Assembly: GCF_021869535.1 (NCBI RefSeq)
Contig: NW_026262679.1
Coordinates: 28,272,001-28,336,000 of the forward strand
DNA: 64,000 nt
Source of the DNA: Mytilus californianus
Taxonomy: Eukaryota
Reading direction: 5' to 3'
In this document: piece by piece, positions 12,451 through 25,899 of the stretch
Layout: every line of letters begins with the position of its first letter
Position numbering within the stretch: position 1 is the first letter of the stretch
Notes under the pieces: model-generated
What the model was told of the DNA's origin: nothing
What the model saw: only the letters and a program-made list of their open reading frames with translations
Database searches by the model: none
Made by a program: the position numbers and the translations under genes

Positions 12451-13704
12451 CTGAAATTGTCCGTTTATAAATTTTGAAATTATAAAGAAACTGAGGTTTC
12501 AACTTCCTCAGGCCGTGTTTGTCATGTCATGGGAGAAAAACCAGGCGAACTGCGACATGGTTTCGTTTTAATCCTCGGTTGTATGACGAAAATAAGTTTA
12601 TTTATGGTGAAGTTATTTAGCTCTATATAATCGATACAAAATCTAAGTTGCCAAGTCTTCTATTTCACCTACTCCAAGGCTTGACTTGGAGTATAGAAAT
12701 ATGTTAATTCCTGGATGGACTTCTCCCATTCCAACGCTATAATATTTGCTAAAGCTGGGTGTCCGTTTGAATGTGTGGAATGCATAAATACGCAGCCACA
12801 TCTGGTCGGAATGGGGACGTTCAATCATATGCCTCGCAAAGAGATGGTTTTACGCTCACTACGCGTTCATGAACCCTTCCAACAACTCTGAGGTGTCTGT
12901 AGGTAGCCTTTGCTACGCTAAATTTACTCTGAATTAACATACCTTTATTTTCCAATGGCAGATAATATTTTCCACCATTCACCAAGGTCAACCCCTACTT
13001 TTCAGAAACTACTGATTGTATTTATTGTTAATGTGTACTCGTCATGAACATACATGCAATGTTTGCCACTGGACGTAAAGCAAACAATAATCAATCAATA
13101 TATCAATCAATTTATTCCATCTAAACGATTAAGATTCACAAAGACTTTCACCTGGTTCAATAACACCAATCTTTTTCTTATCTTTCACTGTCTTATTAAT
13201 CTTTACTCATTTTGCAAATATAATACGTCAAAGAGGTTGATGCATGGATTTGTCATTCGATTATGATGTTTATACTTATGAATAGAACGAGATGTGTGCT
13301 ATACGTCAATGAGAAAGAAACCCAACGACATTAAACCAAAAAACATTTTGATTTCAATGACCTTCAACAGTAGACAGGTAAACTATACATTACGTCAGCC
13401 TATAGATAGACCGAGTCTTAAAAATAGTGAAAAACAGAGGCTATCAAAGAACTGCATACAAAATTCCTCAAATAATAAAACACTTAATAGTTTTTTCAGT
13501 GGTAAATAGTTTTTGAGTGGTATCGTATAGTTTGTACTGTGTTTGTTTTTTTGGCACAAACCTTAAACAAATAAGATTGAACAAAAGACAACCAGTGACA
13601 AGGAAAAACTTCAATCCATCTTCCAAGTTGATAAACCGAGTTTCTGAAATTTTCGTATCTATAATTGGATTTCAATTGAAAATGTCTTCCACTTTTTAAA
13701 AATA

Positions 13705-14545
13705 ACAGCAAAAAATAAACTGTAAACATATGTCTCGCCTTTTTTCATAATTTTGATAAATGTAGTAAAATGCAAATGTTGAAATTAAAATAGCAATACT
13801 TTAATATGTAAGTTATGCAAAATATTCAAAGTCAATGAACCATGACTGAAGGTACAGGGCCAAACAATCTCCATGGAAATGAGATGTGCCTATGTTAATA
13901 CAAATGCATATCAAATACATTGACATACGACGAGTTTTCCCCATAAACTGACCTAATCACAAACTAATACATGTAAACTTAGCAAAAGTTTCAAAGTCAA
14001 TAGACCATGACTGAGGGGGAGGGGCCAAATAACCTTCATAGAAATGAAATGTTCCAATACTTAAACAACTGCATACCAAATATCATTTACCTACCAATAG
14101 TGGTTCCCCATAAACTGACCTAATCACAAAGTAATACATGTAAACTTAGCATAAGTTTCAAAGTCAATAGACCATGACTGAAGGGGCGAGGCCAAATAAT
14201 TGACATGGAAATAAGATGTGCCAATGGTAAAACAACTGCATACCAAATATCATTGACCTGTCACTAGTGGTTCACCATAAACTGACCTAATCACAAACTA
14301 ATACATGTATAATAAGCAAAAGTTTCAAAGTCAATAGACCATGAGTGAGGGGCAGGACCAAATTATCTCCATGGGAACGAGATTTCCCAATGCTAATACA
14401 ACTGCATAACAAATGACATTGACCTACCAGTAGTGGTTCCCCATAGACTGACCTAATCACAAACTAATACATTGTTGACGCCACCGAAGCATGAAACAGC
14501 ATACCTTTGTCTCGCTTTTTTCTCCATCAAGGCGAGACAAAACTG
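13705..14545 (+). mobile_element. Helentron-type non-autonomous element, ~167-bp core repeats x4
   Basis: gtcaat recurs at 13831, 13996, 14163, 14330. Terminal inverted motif gtctcgc...gcgagac at ~14508-14540. Same family as 52840-53695 (opposite strand). Confidence 0.8.
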
Positions 14546-14759
14546 AACAAAATTGGGGAACTTTTTTAAGGTCACACAGTGACTTTTGTAAAAACTGTGA
14601 ATGTTTTAACTTTGAATTTTCCTAGATACACATCATAGTGTTGAACCATTTTGACAGACATATTTATTTTTTCAAAGAATTGTTGGATTTAAAACATACC
14701 TTGCATGTGTCTTCTCGAAAAAAATCATCTCACGATCCGATATCGGATCTTTCACGATC

Positions 14760-15290
14760 AGATTGATCAGATCCCAATTGATACGATATTCCCGGGCTTG
14801 TGTTTTCTATCATGATTTCCTTGATAGAGGATTGCTGCTCACAAGGAAGCTATTAAGTCAAGAGTTCCAAATGGTGAAGTTGAAATCATCCCTTCGTAAA
14901 TACGGACGCCATCACGAGTTGGTTGACCGTTATGGAATAACCGTTTAAAAGATGATTTCGGATATGTTCCTTATGTCGTAACTACAATACCCTTCCCTTT
15001 TCACGAATGTGACTTACCGAATTAGACTATTTACCGGATTTGTAATAACATAAGCAACACGACGGGTGCCACATGTGGAGCAGGATCTGCTTACCCTTCC
15101 GGAGCACCTGAGATCACCCCCAGTTTTTGGTGGGGTTCGTGTTGCTTAGTCTTTAGTTTTCTATGTTGTGTCATCTGTACTATTATTTGTCTGTTTGTAT
15201 TTTTATTTTTGGCCATGGCGTTGTCAGTTTGTTTTCGATCTATGAGTTTGACTGTCCTTCTGGTATCTTTCGTCCCTCTTTTGCAATACT
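14760..15290 (+). mobile_element. Penelope-like RT 3' fragment plus 3' UTR
   Basis: SQLIRYSRACVFYHDFLDRGLLLTRKLLSQEFQMVKLKSSLRK followed by the gagcaggatctgcttacccttccggagcacctgag UTR. Confidence 0.85.
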
Positions 15291-17290
15291 TGACACCGTT
15301 ATTTATTCTTTCAAGATCATATTTCTCGATTGGTTTTCTCGTTTGATTAGGTTTATATTTTGTCATGAATGCCTTTTTTTCTATGCGGTATAGGTGTTGT
15401 TAATTGTTGAAGGCCGTACGGTGACCTCTGTTTGCGAACATCTACGTCATTTGGTCTCTGGAGGATAACTGTCTCATTGGCAGTTATGCCACACTATCTT
15501 GTTTTTATATCAGCAAAAGGACTCATCTTTACCTTGTATATATAGGCTCCATTACAGATATACACGAGGGAGATGAAATAACTGATTGGTTACATTTTCG
15601 CTAATAGGGGCACTTTTTTCTATCAAATGTAGTACAGGTTATTGGAGTGCAAAGTCAGTAATACTGGGCTCTTTCCGAGAGACTGCCCTTGAACAGGAGT
15701 AGTTTCAAGACAGTGATAGGATTTATAGATATAGCAAATCTGTCATTTTTAACAAATATTGCGTGTAATTTTTTTTATGTATATTTTCCACGCAATTGTT
15801 CCTTCAAAACATTTATTTAAATGGGCAAAAAAATTGAAGAATAGAGAAAAATTGCTTAAATAATACAGAATTGGGGTACCCCTCCTCCCCCTCTCCACAC
15901 CCTTGTACAATAAACTTATTATCACGTATGATGTTTTTCTTCAAAGTCAAGCCTGGTGTAGTAAAAAAATAAAAAAAACAAACAAACAAGACAAGACAAA
16001 AATAAAGTTAATAGTTTTCGATATCCGTCCTAGGAAACATTTTGACTCCTTTGCTTCAATGATTCTAGAAATGAAGTTTCAAATTTTTCTGACGGACTGA
16101 CAGACAAAAACACAAATTGCAAACGAAGAATACTTGTTTATGACGTTTTTACAGTTAATGCATTGGATGTATACTCAATAATATTTTTATTGTTGAAATT
16201 AATAAAGGGTTATTTTCATTATATAAATGCGAATACTCTTAATATTAATCTGTACCTTGTGTTTTTGTCTTTTTGTTATGAGTTTTTTATGTGCAAAGTG
16301 CTGACTTGAAGAGTCAAGTCTTTTCCACTTGTAACTGATTTTTATAGTTTGTTTGTAAACAACTCTATCCCAGGTTGTGGCGGTTGAGCCCTCACAAACA
16401 TGTTTAATGTTTTGAATAAATTTAATCTCAAGGGTAAACAATTTAACACAGTAGGAAACTCGTAAAACTATTGTTTTGTCGATGCTTTAATATAAAATAT
16501 GGAGATGTGGAATGATTGCCGATTAGAAAATTTTCCACTAGAGACCAAATGTTGTAGATACATGTATTAGCAACTAATCAATAAATTTTGATAAATAAAA
16601 ACATAACTAAATATGTATTGCTAAACAGTTATGAAAAATTATGATCCTTCATCCTGTCGATAATGTTTACTTATTCTTTAGCATCACAAAAGGTCGTGTT
16701 TTTTTTATAAAATTGTTCATCAGCTCTTCATTGGGTGTTATAACTGATTGATACTGTAGTCTGGGAGAGAACATGATTTATTACATGTAGTTGTAATTGA
16801 CTTTGCATTAGCTTTCAGTACCTGCGAGTACTCTTAGGTACTAAGTGTCTTTTTTTATGTTAGTTGCTTTGGTGCTTCGTACCAATCTGTTGAATTGAGC
16901 CATTTCTAACTGATCCTTACATGTTTTTTGATGTCTCTTTTTAACACAATAGTTTGAAGCGTCAAAGGTCAACTTTGCCTCATGGCGTTTCAGTCATGTT
17001 GTCATGTTTTAGTGCAACTACATAATTTATAAACTAAAAGTTGACGATTAGGGCGTATAATTTGAATTTTCTGAAATTACAGTCCACTAGCAGCTGTCAA
17101 GACCCATTTGTAGTTAAATTAATGTAAAAAAGATGTAAAAACATATCCAATCCTAAGCAAAGGAAGACATTCAAAGTTTCTTCAACAGTATATGGTTAGA
17201 ATAAATGTCAGATTGTCCTTCTGAAAAGTATCAAGCGAATACACATGAAATTATTACGGTAACTTGTATTTGTTTACAATCCTCGCCCTT

Positions 17291-17404
17291 TGTTCTCTGG
17301 TAGATATATTGTTCTCTGGTAGATATATTGTTCTCTGGTAGATATATTGTTCTCTGGTAGATATATTGTTCTCTTGTAGATATATTGTTCTATGGTAGAT
17401 ATAT
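17291..17404. repeat. 19-bp minisatellite x6
   Basis: tgttctctggtagatatat at a period of 19 nt. Confidence 0.95.
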
Positions 17405-17668
17405 TATGTGCAGTCATACCACATGTCTTTCTTTTTATATCATCATAAATATTGTAATTTTTACCCAAATTTGATAGGTTCTTTTCGTTTGTGCGTAATC
17501 AGTAATAACTTTTTTCATGACAATAAAAAAATCTTTTTCATTTCATTTTATTCAAATGTTGAATATTTTCTATCTGTTTTACTTTAATTTGTTTTGCCTC
17601 ACTTTAGTTTTTAAGGAATTGCAATTAAAAAAGAGATTTTTATAAATTACAAATTTTGCGAAGGTTAT

Positions 17669-17919
17669 TTATTTTTTCCTACGAATCATCATGTTGGTTG
17701 TCTTTAATGAGTAGTATTGGCCTTTCCAAGTTTTCCAATTAATTCCATCAGCGTGTGAAGTATGTTTCCCGCCAAGATACTGTCCATTCAAGTTTGAAGA
17801 ATGACAGGCTCCGTACCACCATGCACCTTTAAACATAGAAGCACAGTTATTTCCATACTGGTCGTTATCCTGGTCTTTGGTAGTAAAGTTTTTCCCATTA
17901 TGGCTGCTAAGTGAATCAC
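17669..17919 (-). CDS. FReD C terminal exon
   Basis: ttcaaAG|GT GAT TCA; [46 protein letters not shown]...MMIRRKK*. Confidence 0.92.
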
Positions 17920-20502
17920 CTTTGAAAAAAGTAGGTATAAATTCATCATCATTCCCGTAAATAACGATGTTCCTTCTCTCACCATAATTCATTTGAAGAC
18001 CATTTTCAGTTCAATGTTTCCAAAACGTTAAAAGAATGAAGATTCTATTCAAAGTCACCAATTGTAAAACCTATAGTTCGAGGACTACTTCTTTTTTCTT
18101 AAGCACGAAAAAAAATCTTGCATTAAGTTATTTCGTCACCTACGTTTTAATCAACATAAATGACATACGTCACTCCATGAAGATTATTTAATATTTAAGA
18201 TGGATTTATTTTTCTCATGTAAAAAAATAGTATTAGTGTCGCTTTTCATATGTAAATATTTTGTTTTCTTTAAATGATAAAAAAAATATCTGAATGAGAA
18301 TTTGTTAGGAAGAGTAGAGTTACATATAATGAAGAGAAGGACGTGCTGGGTATATGTCATAGAACAAAATCATGCAAAAATATGTTTCAGCACAAAAGCA
18401 AATTTATATAAATCTTATTTGACAAAAATAAGTAAACAAACATACCAACGTTGCCAGTATAGGATGAAATGGTCATCTTGAATTTTGATTCTTTGTTCCC
18501 GATTTTGAAGTTTGCATATTTTGCATATCCAGTATGATTGGTAAAGTCCTGCATCGTAATTAAGAGTTCGTATTTGTCTTGGGAGGTAAGGATATGGAGA
18601 TTTTCGTTGCCTATATATAATACATCAAAACAATCATTATTGATAATACATTATAGTAATTTATATTATTATGTATTATATGAGTTAAATGCAACTTCGT
18701 GGATTATTATCTATGTATCTATAAAAATGCCCAACTAAAAAAAAAAATTCAGTTGGCATGTTAAAGAGATATGCCTTGAGTTGTTCTTTTAAAATCTCTC
18801 AAATGAAAGTGTATGTTTCTTACAGGTCCTTTTATCCAGAAATCAGATATACGGATGAACACCGATAAAAAAGTAAAACAAGGAATATTGGAATAAGTCA
18901 CTAAAAGATAAGAAGATGTAAAAAATACTTTCGGTCATACTAATATCGCCACTTTGACACAGCCATGCTACGAGCAAACGATTTGATACAAATTCCATAT
19001 ATAGAGATTTTTTTTATTTATCTAAAAATTCAGATAAATTGACAAAACCTATATAGAGTCGTGGAAATTTAGAATACAGCCTTGTTGTGAAAGCCTTTAT
19101 GTTTTCTATATTGTCGTTGGGTTATTGTTTCATTCTAATGCAATTTTTATATTACAATGTTTTTCATTGGCTAAAACTTACCGTCAAACTAGAAGATAAA
19201 TATTGTATTTTAAGCTTGCATTACGTAAAACGCAAATTTTAATGTATCGAATTGAGATTACCTGTGCCTTCAAGAAATACGTCAGCGTAACAATCTGTCT
19301 CCTGCGAATCATTCGACATATGACAATTTTTTCGATTTTCAAATAATTGGTAACATATTTTCAAATATCCAGAAAGTTCTGTAAATGTTTCATTGAATTA
19401 AACTTATAAACAGACACTATATATCAGCTTCCGAGGAAACAGTACGAGAAATAGAAAACTTTTACAAACATTATCAAAAAATCTGTACCTCATAAAGTCA
19501 GATCTTATAAATTGGCGGTTAAAAAGGTATATTTCTAGTTTTCTACATTTATTAATACATGTTTTGTTAGTGAATGTATACTAATAGCATGTAAAGAAAA
19601 TACATGTAGAAATCATTACGAGAAAGCATACCAAGCCAGTGTTCTCCATCCAAAGTTCCAAATCCAAATTTATAATCATTCCATCCTCTGTAAAAATCAA
19701 CCGCACCATTTTGTCGTTTTTGGAACACCTATGGTTGTAAAAAGTATCGTATTACTACTTGAAATGTCCATAACGCCTTTATTTTAATTCGTTTGTTTAA
19801 AAAATCTCAAAAATTTAAAAATCGTAAAAACAAATATTAAAGGCAGTTATGCTTCAGCAAGTTTTTAGAGGGGTTGTATGTGATCTGTTACAGTTATACG
19901 GCTTTCCAGCATTCCCATGTTTTCCAAGATTTTCAAGGTGCACTCCTTATCGAATCTGATAAATTATAGATACATTATTTTGAACTTTCTATTTCTTTAG
20001 CAACAATCCAACAGCTTCCACAGAAAGAGTAACGTTTTTCCAATTGTAACGACATTCCAGGGCTTGCGTTTCCTATTATGATTATGATTATGACATCCGG
20101 AATGCGAAATATCATTGAATTTTACTTGCCATGACCAATGGAGAAGAAACTACTTACCCTCCCGGTGTACCTGTGCTCACTCCGGTTCTTGGTGGAGTTC
20201 GTGTTGGTCGTTCTTTAGTTTTGTGTGTAGTACATTGTGGACTGTTGTTTGTCTTTTCGTTGTTTGTCTTTTTGTTGTTTGTCTTTTTGGTCATGGGATT
20301 ATCGACCAATGGTGTTTGATAGCCCTTGGTGCCCTTTCTCTTGTTCTACTCACCGTCCATCCGCCCCCTATGTTGTCTGTCTCCATATTACAATATACAT
20401 TGAATCCATCCTCAACTCCTTCAGGGTAAATCATGTACACACCACTGCCTTTCTTGATATCGATGCCACCACAGTCAGAGGGAAAACCGATGTAAGATCT
20501 GC
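17669..20502 (-). CDS. FReD copy C: fibrinogen-related (ficolin-like) domain protein; 4 intact exons, leader exon not located
   Basis: Join 20502-20354, 19728-19632, 18610-18446, 17919-17669. All GT-AG, phases 1-0-1-1, no stops. Confidence 0.9.
18446..18610 (-). CDS. FReD C 165-nt exon
   Basis: atatAG|GC AAC GAA; [55 protein letters not shown]|GTATGT. Confidence 0.92.
19632..19728 (-). CDS. FReD C 97-nt exon
   Basis: ccatAG|[33 protein letters not shown]|GTATGC. Confidence 0.92.
20140..20330 (+). mobile_element. Penelope-like 3' UTR fragment in a FReD C intron
   Basis: cttaccctcccggtgtacctgtgctcactccggttcttggtggagttcgtgttg matches the UTR at 15090-15150. It explains the spurious ORFs 20115-20602. 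Confidence 0.7.
20354..20502 (-). CDS. FReD C first domain exon
   Basis: tttatAG|GC; [49 protein letters not shown]|GTGAGT. Confidence 0.92.
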
Positions 20503-21373
20503 CTATAAATTTAAAATCACACAATGCAAGTGCTGTAAATCAAGATTGAGAAAACATTCTTATCCTTCGAGAAAGGTACTGATTCAGAATGCGATTCTGT
20601 GATTCCCTCTGATTTTTGTTTGTTACCTTGATTTGTATTTTTTAAATAGATTTATGACATTTGAACATCGGTAAACAACAGTTACTGCTGCCTTAATGTA
20701 TAATTCATTTCAACATATATGTAAAATCTTTGAAACACTAAAAATAAAAATGGGTTATATTCAAACCCTTTAAAAAAAGAAAACAAATATCCATTAAAAT
20801 GAGGAGATGTTACACGATTGCCAAAGAGACAACCATCCACCAATAATCAAGGACAAGGATGTGAACAAATGCAGGTCATTATTTAGCCTTCAACAATGAG
20901 CAAACCTCATACCGTTTACTTAGTTTTGTAAAGCCCTGGGATGACAAAATATGAAATAATTACAAAGGGAAAATCAACAGCCTGATTTATACTAAAACAG
21001 TAGATAAAAATAACAATTATGACAAACAGCAACCTACGAAAACCATTGGATTACAAGCTTATGGCTCGGGACTTGCACCTATAGAATAGGGTGCGGTTAA
21101 AAATTTTGTTAATGCTCAACCCTGTACTACACTTGGAAAACGCTGCTACAGAACTCCATTATAAGAAATTAAAAAAAAAATCGTTTGCAGAAGGATGTAC
21201 TCACCAGATTGGTTTAACACACAAAAACATCAATCAAAATCACAACAATTGTTTATACCGATCTGCGATTTATATATTTACTGCTACCTATATTTTTAAA
21301 CAGTTCTGGGAAAATCTCGAAAACACCACTTTTAGTCGATGTGCAAATTGCTGATTTTGTCCCAGAATAGAAG

Positions 21374-21567
21374 TTCCACCATAATATTTATTCCAAAGAT
21401 AATTTATTATGTAATAAAAATTCCAATTCGAATTAATTTTATGTGATACATATTCCATAAGCATAATAAAAGGACCGATGCCTCAGAATTTTTATCACAT
21501 AAAATAAATTCCAATAGGAAGTTTTGTTACATAATAAAGTATCTTTGGGATAAATATTATGGTGGAA
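21374..21567. mobile_element. Foldback/MITE-like element with 75-bp inverted arms
   Basis: 21374-21448 is the reverse complement of 21493-21567 with 7 mismatches. Confidence 0.8.
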
Positions 21568-21605
21568 GTTTTATCGCATGACTGGTATAATATTTATAAC
21601 ATAAT

Positions 21606-21825
21606 ATTATGTAATATCTATTCCGAATGGAAAAAAAATTATGTTATATCTATTCCGAATGGATAAAGTATTATGTAATATTTATTTCGAATGGAAACAG
21701 TATTATGTAATATCTATTCCGAATAGAAAAAGTATTATGTAATATATATTCCGAATGGAAAAAGTATTATGTAATATCTATTCCGACCCGAAAATATTAT
21801 TATGTACTATCTATTATGAATGCCG
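21606..21825. repeat. ~32-bp minisatellite, about 7 copies
   Basis: Unit tattatgtaatatctattccgaatggaaaaag. Confidence 0.9.
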
Positions 21826-23432
21826 GAATGGTAAACTGGTATGTATAATTATTATTCTGATATTACTAGTAGAAAGAATACTAGTAAAAGAACAGGTATC
21901 GTGAATATGGGAAATAATTGTTCCCAATGGTGTTGACATTAAATAATTATTTCAAATTATCCACAATTACTCGCATGCATATTTTTCATATAAATGATAT
22001 TTGTCTCATTAGAATTTACATTTATATTTCACAGATGAACTTGTTAACATAATTACTTACCTTCAACATATGAGCCATCATTAAGGAACATATATTTTTT
22101 TCATATTCATCATCCTCCATGTGTGTTTGTACATACAGGTATTGTGAACAGGTGAATATATCTAACTCATTAACACTTTTCAAATTAAATAACAATTATA
22201 TAATAGAAAATCAGCATGTAAAACGCTGTTTTGATTTAGATAATAATCAATTAGGTGTAAAAAATCACCAGCATAATAGGAACATTTGTTATATTAATCA
22301 ACATATAACATAAGTTCCTAATATATCAGTGGAACAAATATAATACAGATGGAAAAAGTATTCCATGACAGAAATTCTGCAGATCATATATTATTATAAT
22401 ATTGTTTCCATCAGGAATAAATATCATTAGGAACAAATATACGTTGACAATTTGATCCTCTATTTTGATTGTTGATACCAGTATATTACCAGAGGTCCGT
22501 AATTGGAAACAGGCTTCGTAGAGAATTCGGCAGACCTAGCAATATAGCGTTGTTTGTAAAGGTACGTATGAAATTTTGTATCCAGTAGAGTGTAGTGAGA
22601 TTTAGTTCTTCATTTTTTGGGGATATTGAAGGGAAAATAAAATAGAACAAAAATTATTCAGATATTTCTCTTAATAAATGTCTGTGGGAAAACAATTTTC
22701 AACGGGTCTTTGGATTTATATGCTACATTAGTGAGGGTCTGAATGGGGAATACAGAATAGATATTATAAGGAAAAAATAAATAATAAATAAATATGAGCA
22801 CACGGGGGTTTAGGTAAATGTACAAGACATCATTGAACCTTACTGATCTCTTAAAAAAAAGGCAGTGTAGATTTGACTTTTTCATGGTGAAGAATATTGC
22901 CTTTAAATTAATGGCATTTGCAAGACATTTGATGGCACGAGAAATGTAATTCGGTGCCATCTTTCTTCTCAGTTCCATAATTTGTGATTGGTAATATCTG
23001 ATAAGATAACTGCGAGTTTGGATACATTTAGATTGAAAATTTAAATTCCAAAACAAATTCCCAAAAAATACAAAAAAACAAAAAAGAAAGATAAGAACGC
23101 ATCAAGAAATTTTTAAGATTCGAAGGATTAAAATGTCAAGCTACTTTGCAAAAGATAAAAAAAAACTCTGTCTGGTATCATCTGATGAAGCCCTGTAAAA
23201 TTGTTTGTTTTTATGTCTCAAATTTTCAAATTTTGCTCAGAATTGATGACAGAATCATATTTTGAAATTCAAAGTATCTATCTAGGATGTTTCTACTTGA
23301 ATCACAATTGACATTATATACGCAAGCCATTGAATGTGCCAATATGATTTATATGTTGCGCAATGAACAAAGTAGTGACGGAAATGACTGCTTTTCAAAC
23401 CACATCAAATAAGTCATCCTGACATCAAGTGG

Positions 23433-24315
23433 TTTTTGTCGAGCCTTCGACTTTTGTCGAAAAAGCGAGACATAGCGATCCTACATTCCGTCGGCGTCGT
23501 CGTCGTCGTCGTCGTCGTCGTCGGCGGCGTCCACAAATATTCACTCTGTGGTTAAAGTTTTTGAAATTTTAATAACTTTCTTAAACTATCCTGGATTTCT
23601 ACCAAACTTGGACAGAAGCTTGTTTATGATCATAAGATTATATTCAAAAGTAAATTTTGTAAAAAAAAAATTCCATTTTTTCCGTATTTTACTTATAAGT
23701 GGACTTAGTTTTTCTGCCAGTTAACATTACATTCACTCTGTGGTTAAAGTTTTTAAAATTTCAATAACTTTCTTAAACTATCCTAGATTTCTACCAAACT
23801 TGGAAAGAAGCTTGTTTATGATCATAAGATAGTATCCAGAAGTAAATTTTGTAAAAAAAAAATTCCATTTTTCCGTATTTTACTTATAAATGGACTTAGT
23901 TTTTCTGCCAGGAAACATTACATTCACTCTGTGGTTAAAGTTTTTGAAATTTCAATAACTTTCTTAAACTATCCTGGATTTATACCAAACTTGGAAAGAA
24001 GCTTGTTTATGATCATAAGATAGTATCTAGAAGGAAATTTTGATAAAATTTTGTTCCATTTTTTCTGTATTTTACTTATAAATGGACTTAGTTTTTTTTT
24101 CCAGTCAACATTACATACATTCTGCAGTTTAAGTTTTTAAAACATTTATTAGATTCATAATTTATCCTGGATTTTTACCAAACTTGGACAGAAGCTACTT
24201 ACAATCAAAACATAGTATAGAGGGGAATATTTTTATTAATTTTTTTCTTCATTTTTGTTGAGCCTGCGATTAACACCAAAAGTAGGCGAGACACTGGGTT
24301 CCGCGGAACCCTTCC
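23433..24315 (+). mobile_element. Complete Helentron-type non-autonomous element
   Basis: 5' subTIR tttttgtcgagcct plus inverted gcgagaca; (GTC)n microsatellite; ~190-bp core x3.5; 3' subTIR aggcgagaca; perfect terminal palindrome GGGTTCCGCGGAACCC at 24296-24311. Confidence 0.88.
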
Positions 24316-24554
24316 GAATTTTTAATTACATTGAACCAAACATCCTTTTTACAGTGACGACAGTAGTCCAGTAGTTCGAAAATAATATCAAGTGCAAAGT
24401 CAGAAATTAAAAAAGTATAACAAAAATACCGAACTCCAAGGTAAATTCAAAAAGGGGTAAGTCCATAAAAACTGACAAAATCAAACTTTATCAACCAACG
24501 GAACGAGTGAAAAACAACTGTCATATTCCTGACTTAATAAAAGTGTTGAACTGA

Positions 24555-24700
24555 TGTTGAACTGATCGTCGTAACTGCAGTTACCACGATCCCAATATGG
24601 CGGAGGTAGAAATAGGTAAAACCGTTTTCTGCTAATTTCTCCGGATAAACGTGTTGTTTTCTTAATATCATATATGACCTCGTTACCAAAATAATAGCGA
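24555..24700 (+). repeat. Local duplicate of ~26952-27150 containing a palindrome and ATG GCG GAG GTA GAA ATA G|GTAAAA
   Basis: Near-identical tgtt(g/a)aactgatcgtcgtaactg(c/a)agttaccacgatcccaatatggcggaggtagaaataggtaaaa in both copies. Confidence 0.85.
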
Positions 24701-25459
24701 TCGAAAAACACCAGACTCAAGCTGGCAGCCACTTTAAGCAGCCAATCAAGATAGCAGCCACTTTTTTTCCAGCAGCCAATTTTGATGATATGTCTAAACA
24801 CCAGAAAACTATATAACACTCAAACGTTTCAAAAATCTCAAAATCTTAGTTAAATATTATTTAACAACGGAATTCGACAATTTCACGGCTTGTGGTGGTT
24901 CTCAAAAGATTTCAGTCCGTTTTGAATACCAATAATGATAGCAGCCACTTTTTTTCGGAGGACACTGTTCGTTTGATAAATAAATATACAATTTTAAATC
25001 GTTTTATTCTTTCTTTTTCTCGCTTTTTGATTCCTTATGATTAAGAAGTACAGAAACAATGTAGGAATAGAAAATAAAAAAAAATCAAAGAACAACTAAT
25101 ATTGTTAATAATGAATTTAAGTAAGATATGAGAAATCGTGATATATATATTCCATGACTGAGTAAAAAAGATACAATGAACGAGAGAAAAATTACATACA
25201 AGCTTTCCATACAGTCGGCATCCTCAAATATCAAGTATTTCAATTGAAACCATTTTCAATATCAATTTCTGTATATATAAAATGAAATCAATTCGATATA
25301 CATGTAATGTAAATCTTTTTTTGAATGTGAACAAGTATGTTCTATAAAAATCCTACGTGGGCTATTATGTACGGCATGCGACATTACTAATTTATTAATC
25401 TAAAACTGATATTTTCCTTATCAAATGTGCCATTACAAATAATTAACATGCAACTAAAA

Positions 25460-25779
25460 CTGTGGTGGCCAGACGGGCCCGGATCCCAGAAAAATATTTA
25501 AGTGGCGAATAGCCTGGGTCAACACCTTTGAAATGAGCTAGGTCTGGTTCGGAACTTTGCCGTAGTAATATGCCGAGGAGTACCGAATGTGTGGTTTGTA
25601 TGGAAAATACGTTATGGGGCAATTTTCAACCCCTGTGGTGGCCAGACGGGCCCGGATCCAAGAAAAAATATTTAAGTGGCGAATAACCGCGGTCAACACC
25701 TTTGAAATGAGCTAGGTCGGAACTTTGCCGTAGGGATATGCCGAGGAGTACCGAATGTGTGGTTTGTATGGAAAATACG
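25460..25779. repeat. 173-bp ApaI-type satellite, ~1.85 monomers
   Basis: GGGCCC (ApaI site) at 25475 and 25648, exactly 173 bp apart, with near-identical units. Period and site agree with the mussel ApaI satellite as I recall it; not checked by alignment. Confidence 0.75.
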
Positions 25780-25899
25780 CTAACTGTGGAATACTTCAAT
25801 GAGAATAGTTACTGATTTCTGTCAATAACCTCTGCTAACGGAATATTTGATAAAAAGATTGCGTCATAATAACAACGAACGCGATAGTGGCATATCATT

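Noticed and set aside
15535-15595. CCAAT plus TATA-like pair as a promoter for FReD B
   Set aside because: No associated first exon found; such motifs are frequent in AT-rich DNA.
1650-21825. Short-period arrays (50, 19, 32 bp; 17-bp motif in 3586-4752) as CRISPR-like repeat-spacer arrays
   Set aside because: Whole units are homologous with no unique spacers, there are no cas genes, and the context is eukaryotic with introns.
22061-22091. Candidate first exon of FReD C (MFLNDGSYVE G|GTAAGT, phase 1); also a donor at 21204
   Set aside because: The phase fits but there is no hydrophobic leader and it lies among repeat-like DNA; the 21205-21287 interval has stops in all frames. Unresolved, not called.
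22658-23056. 132-aa ORF and most other 60-120 aa ORFs in the track
   Set aside because: AT-rich low-complexity composition, alternative start codons, no motifs, or antisense/overlap with repeats and real exons.
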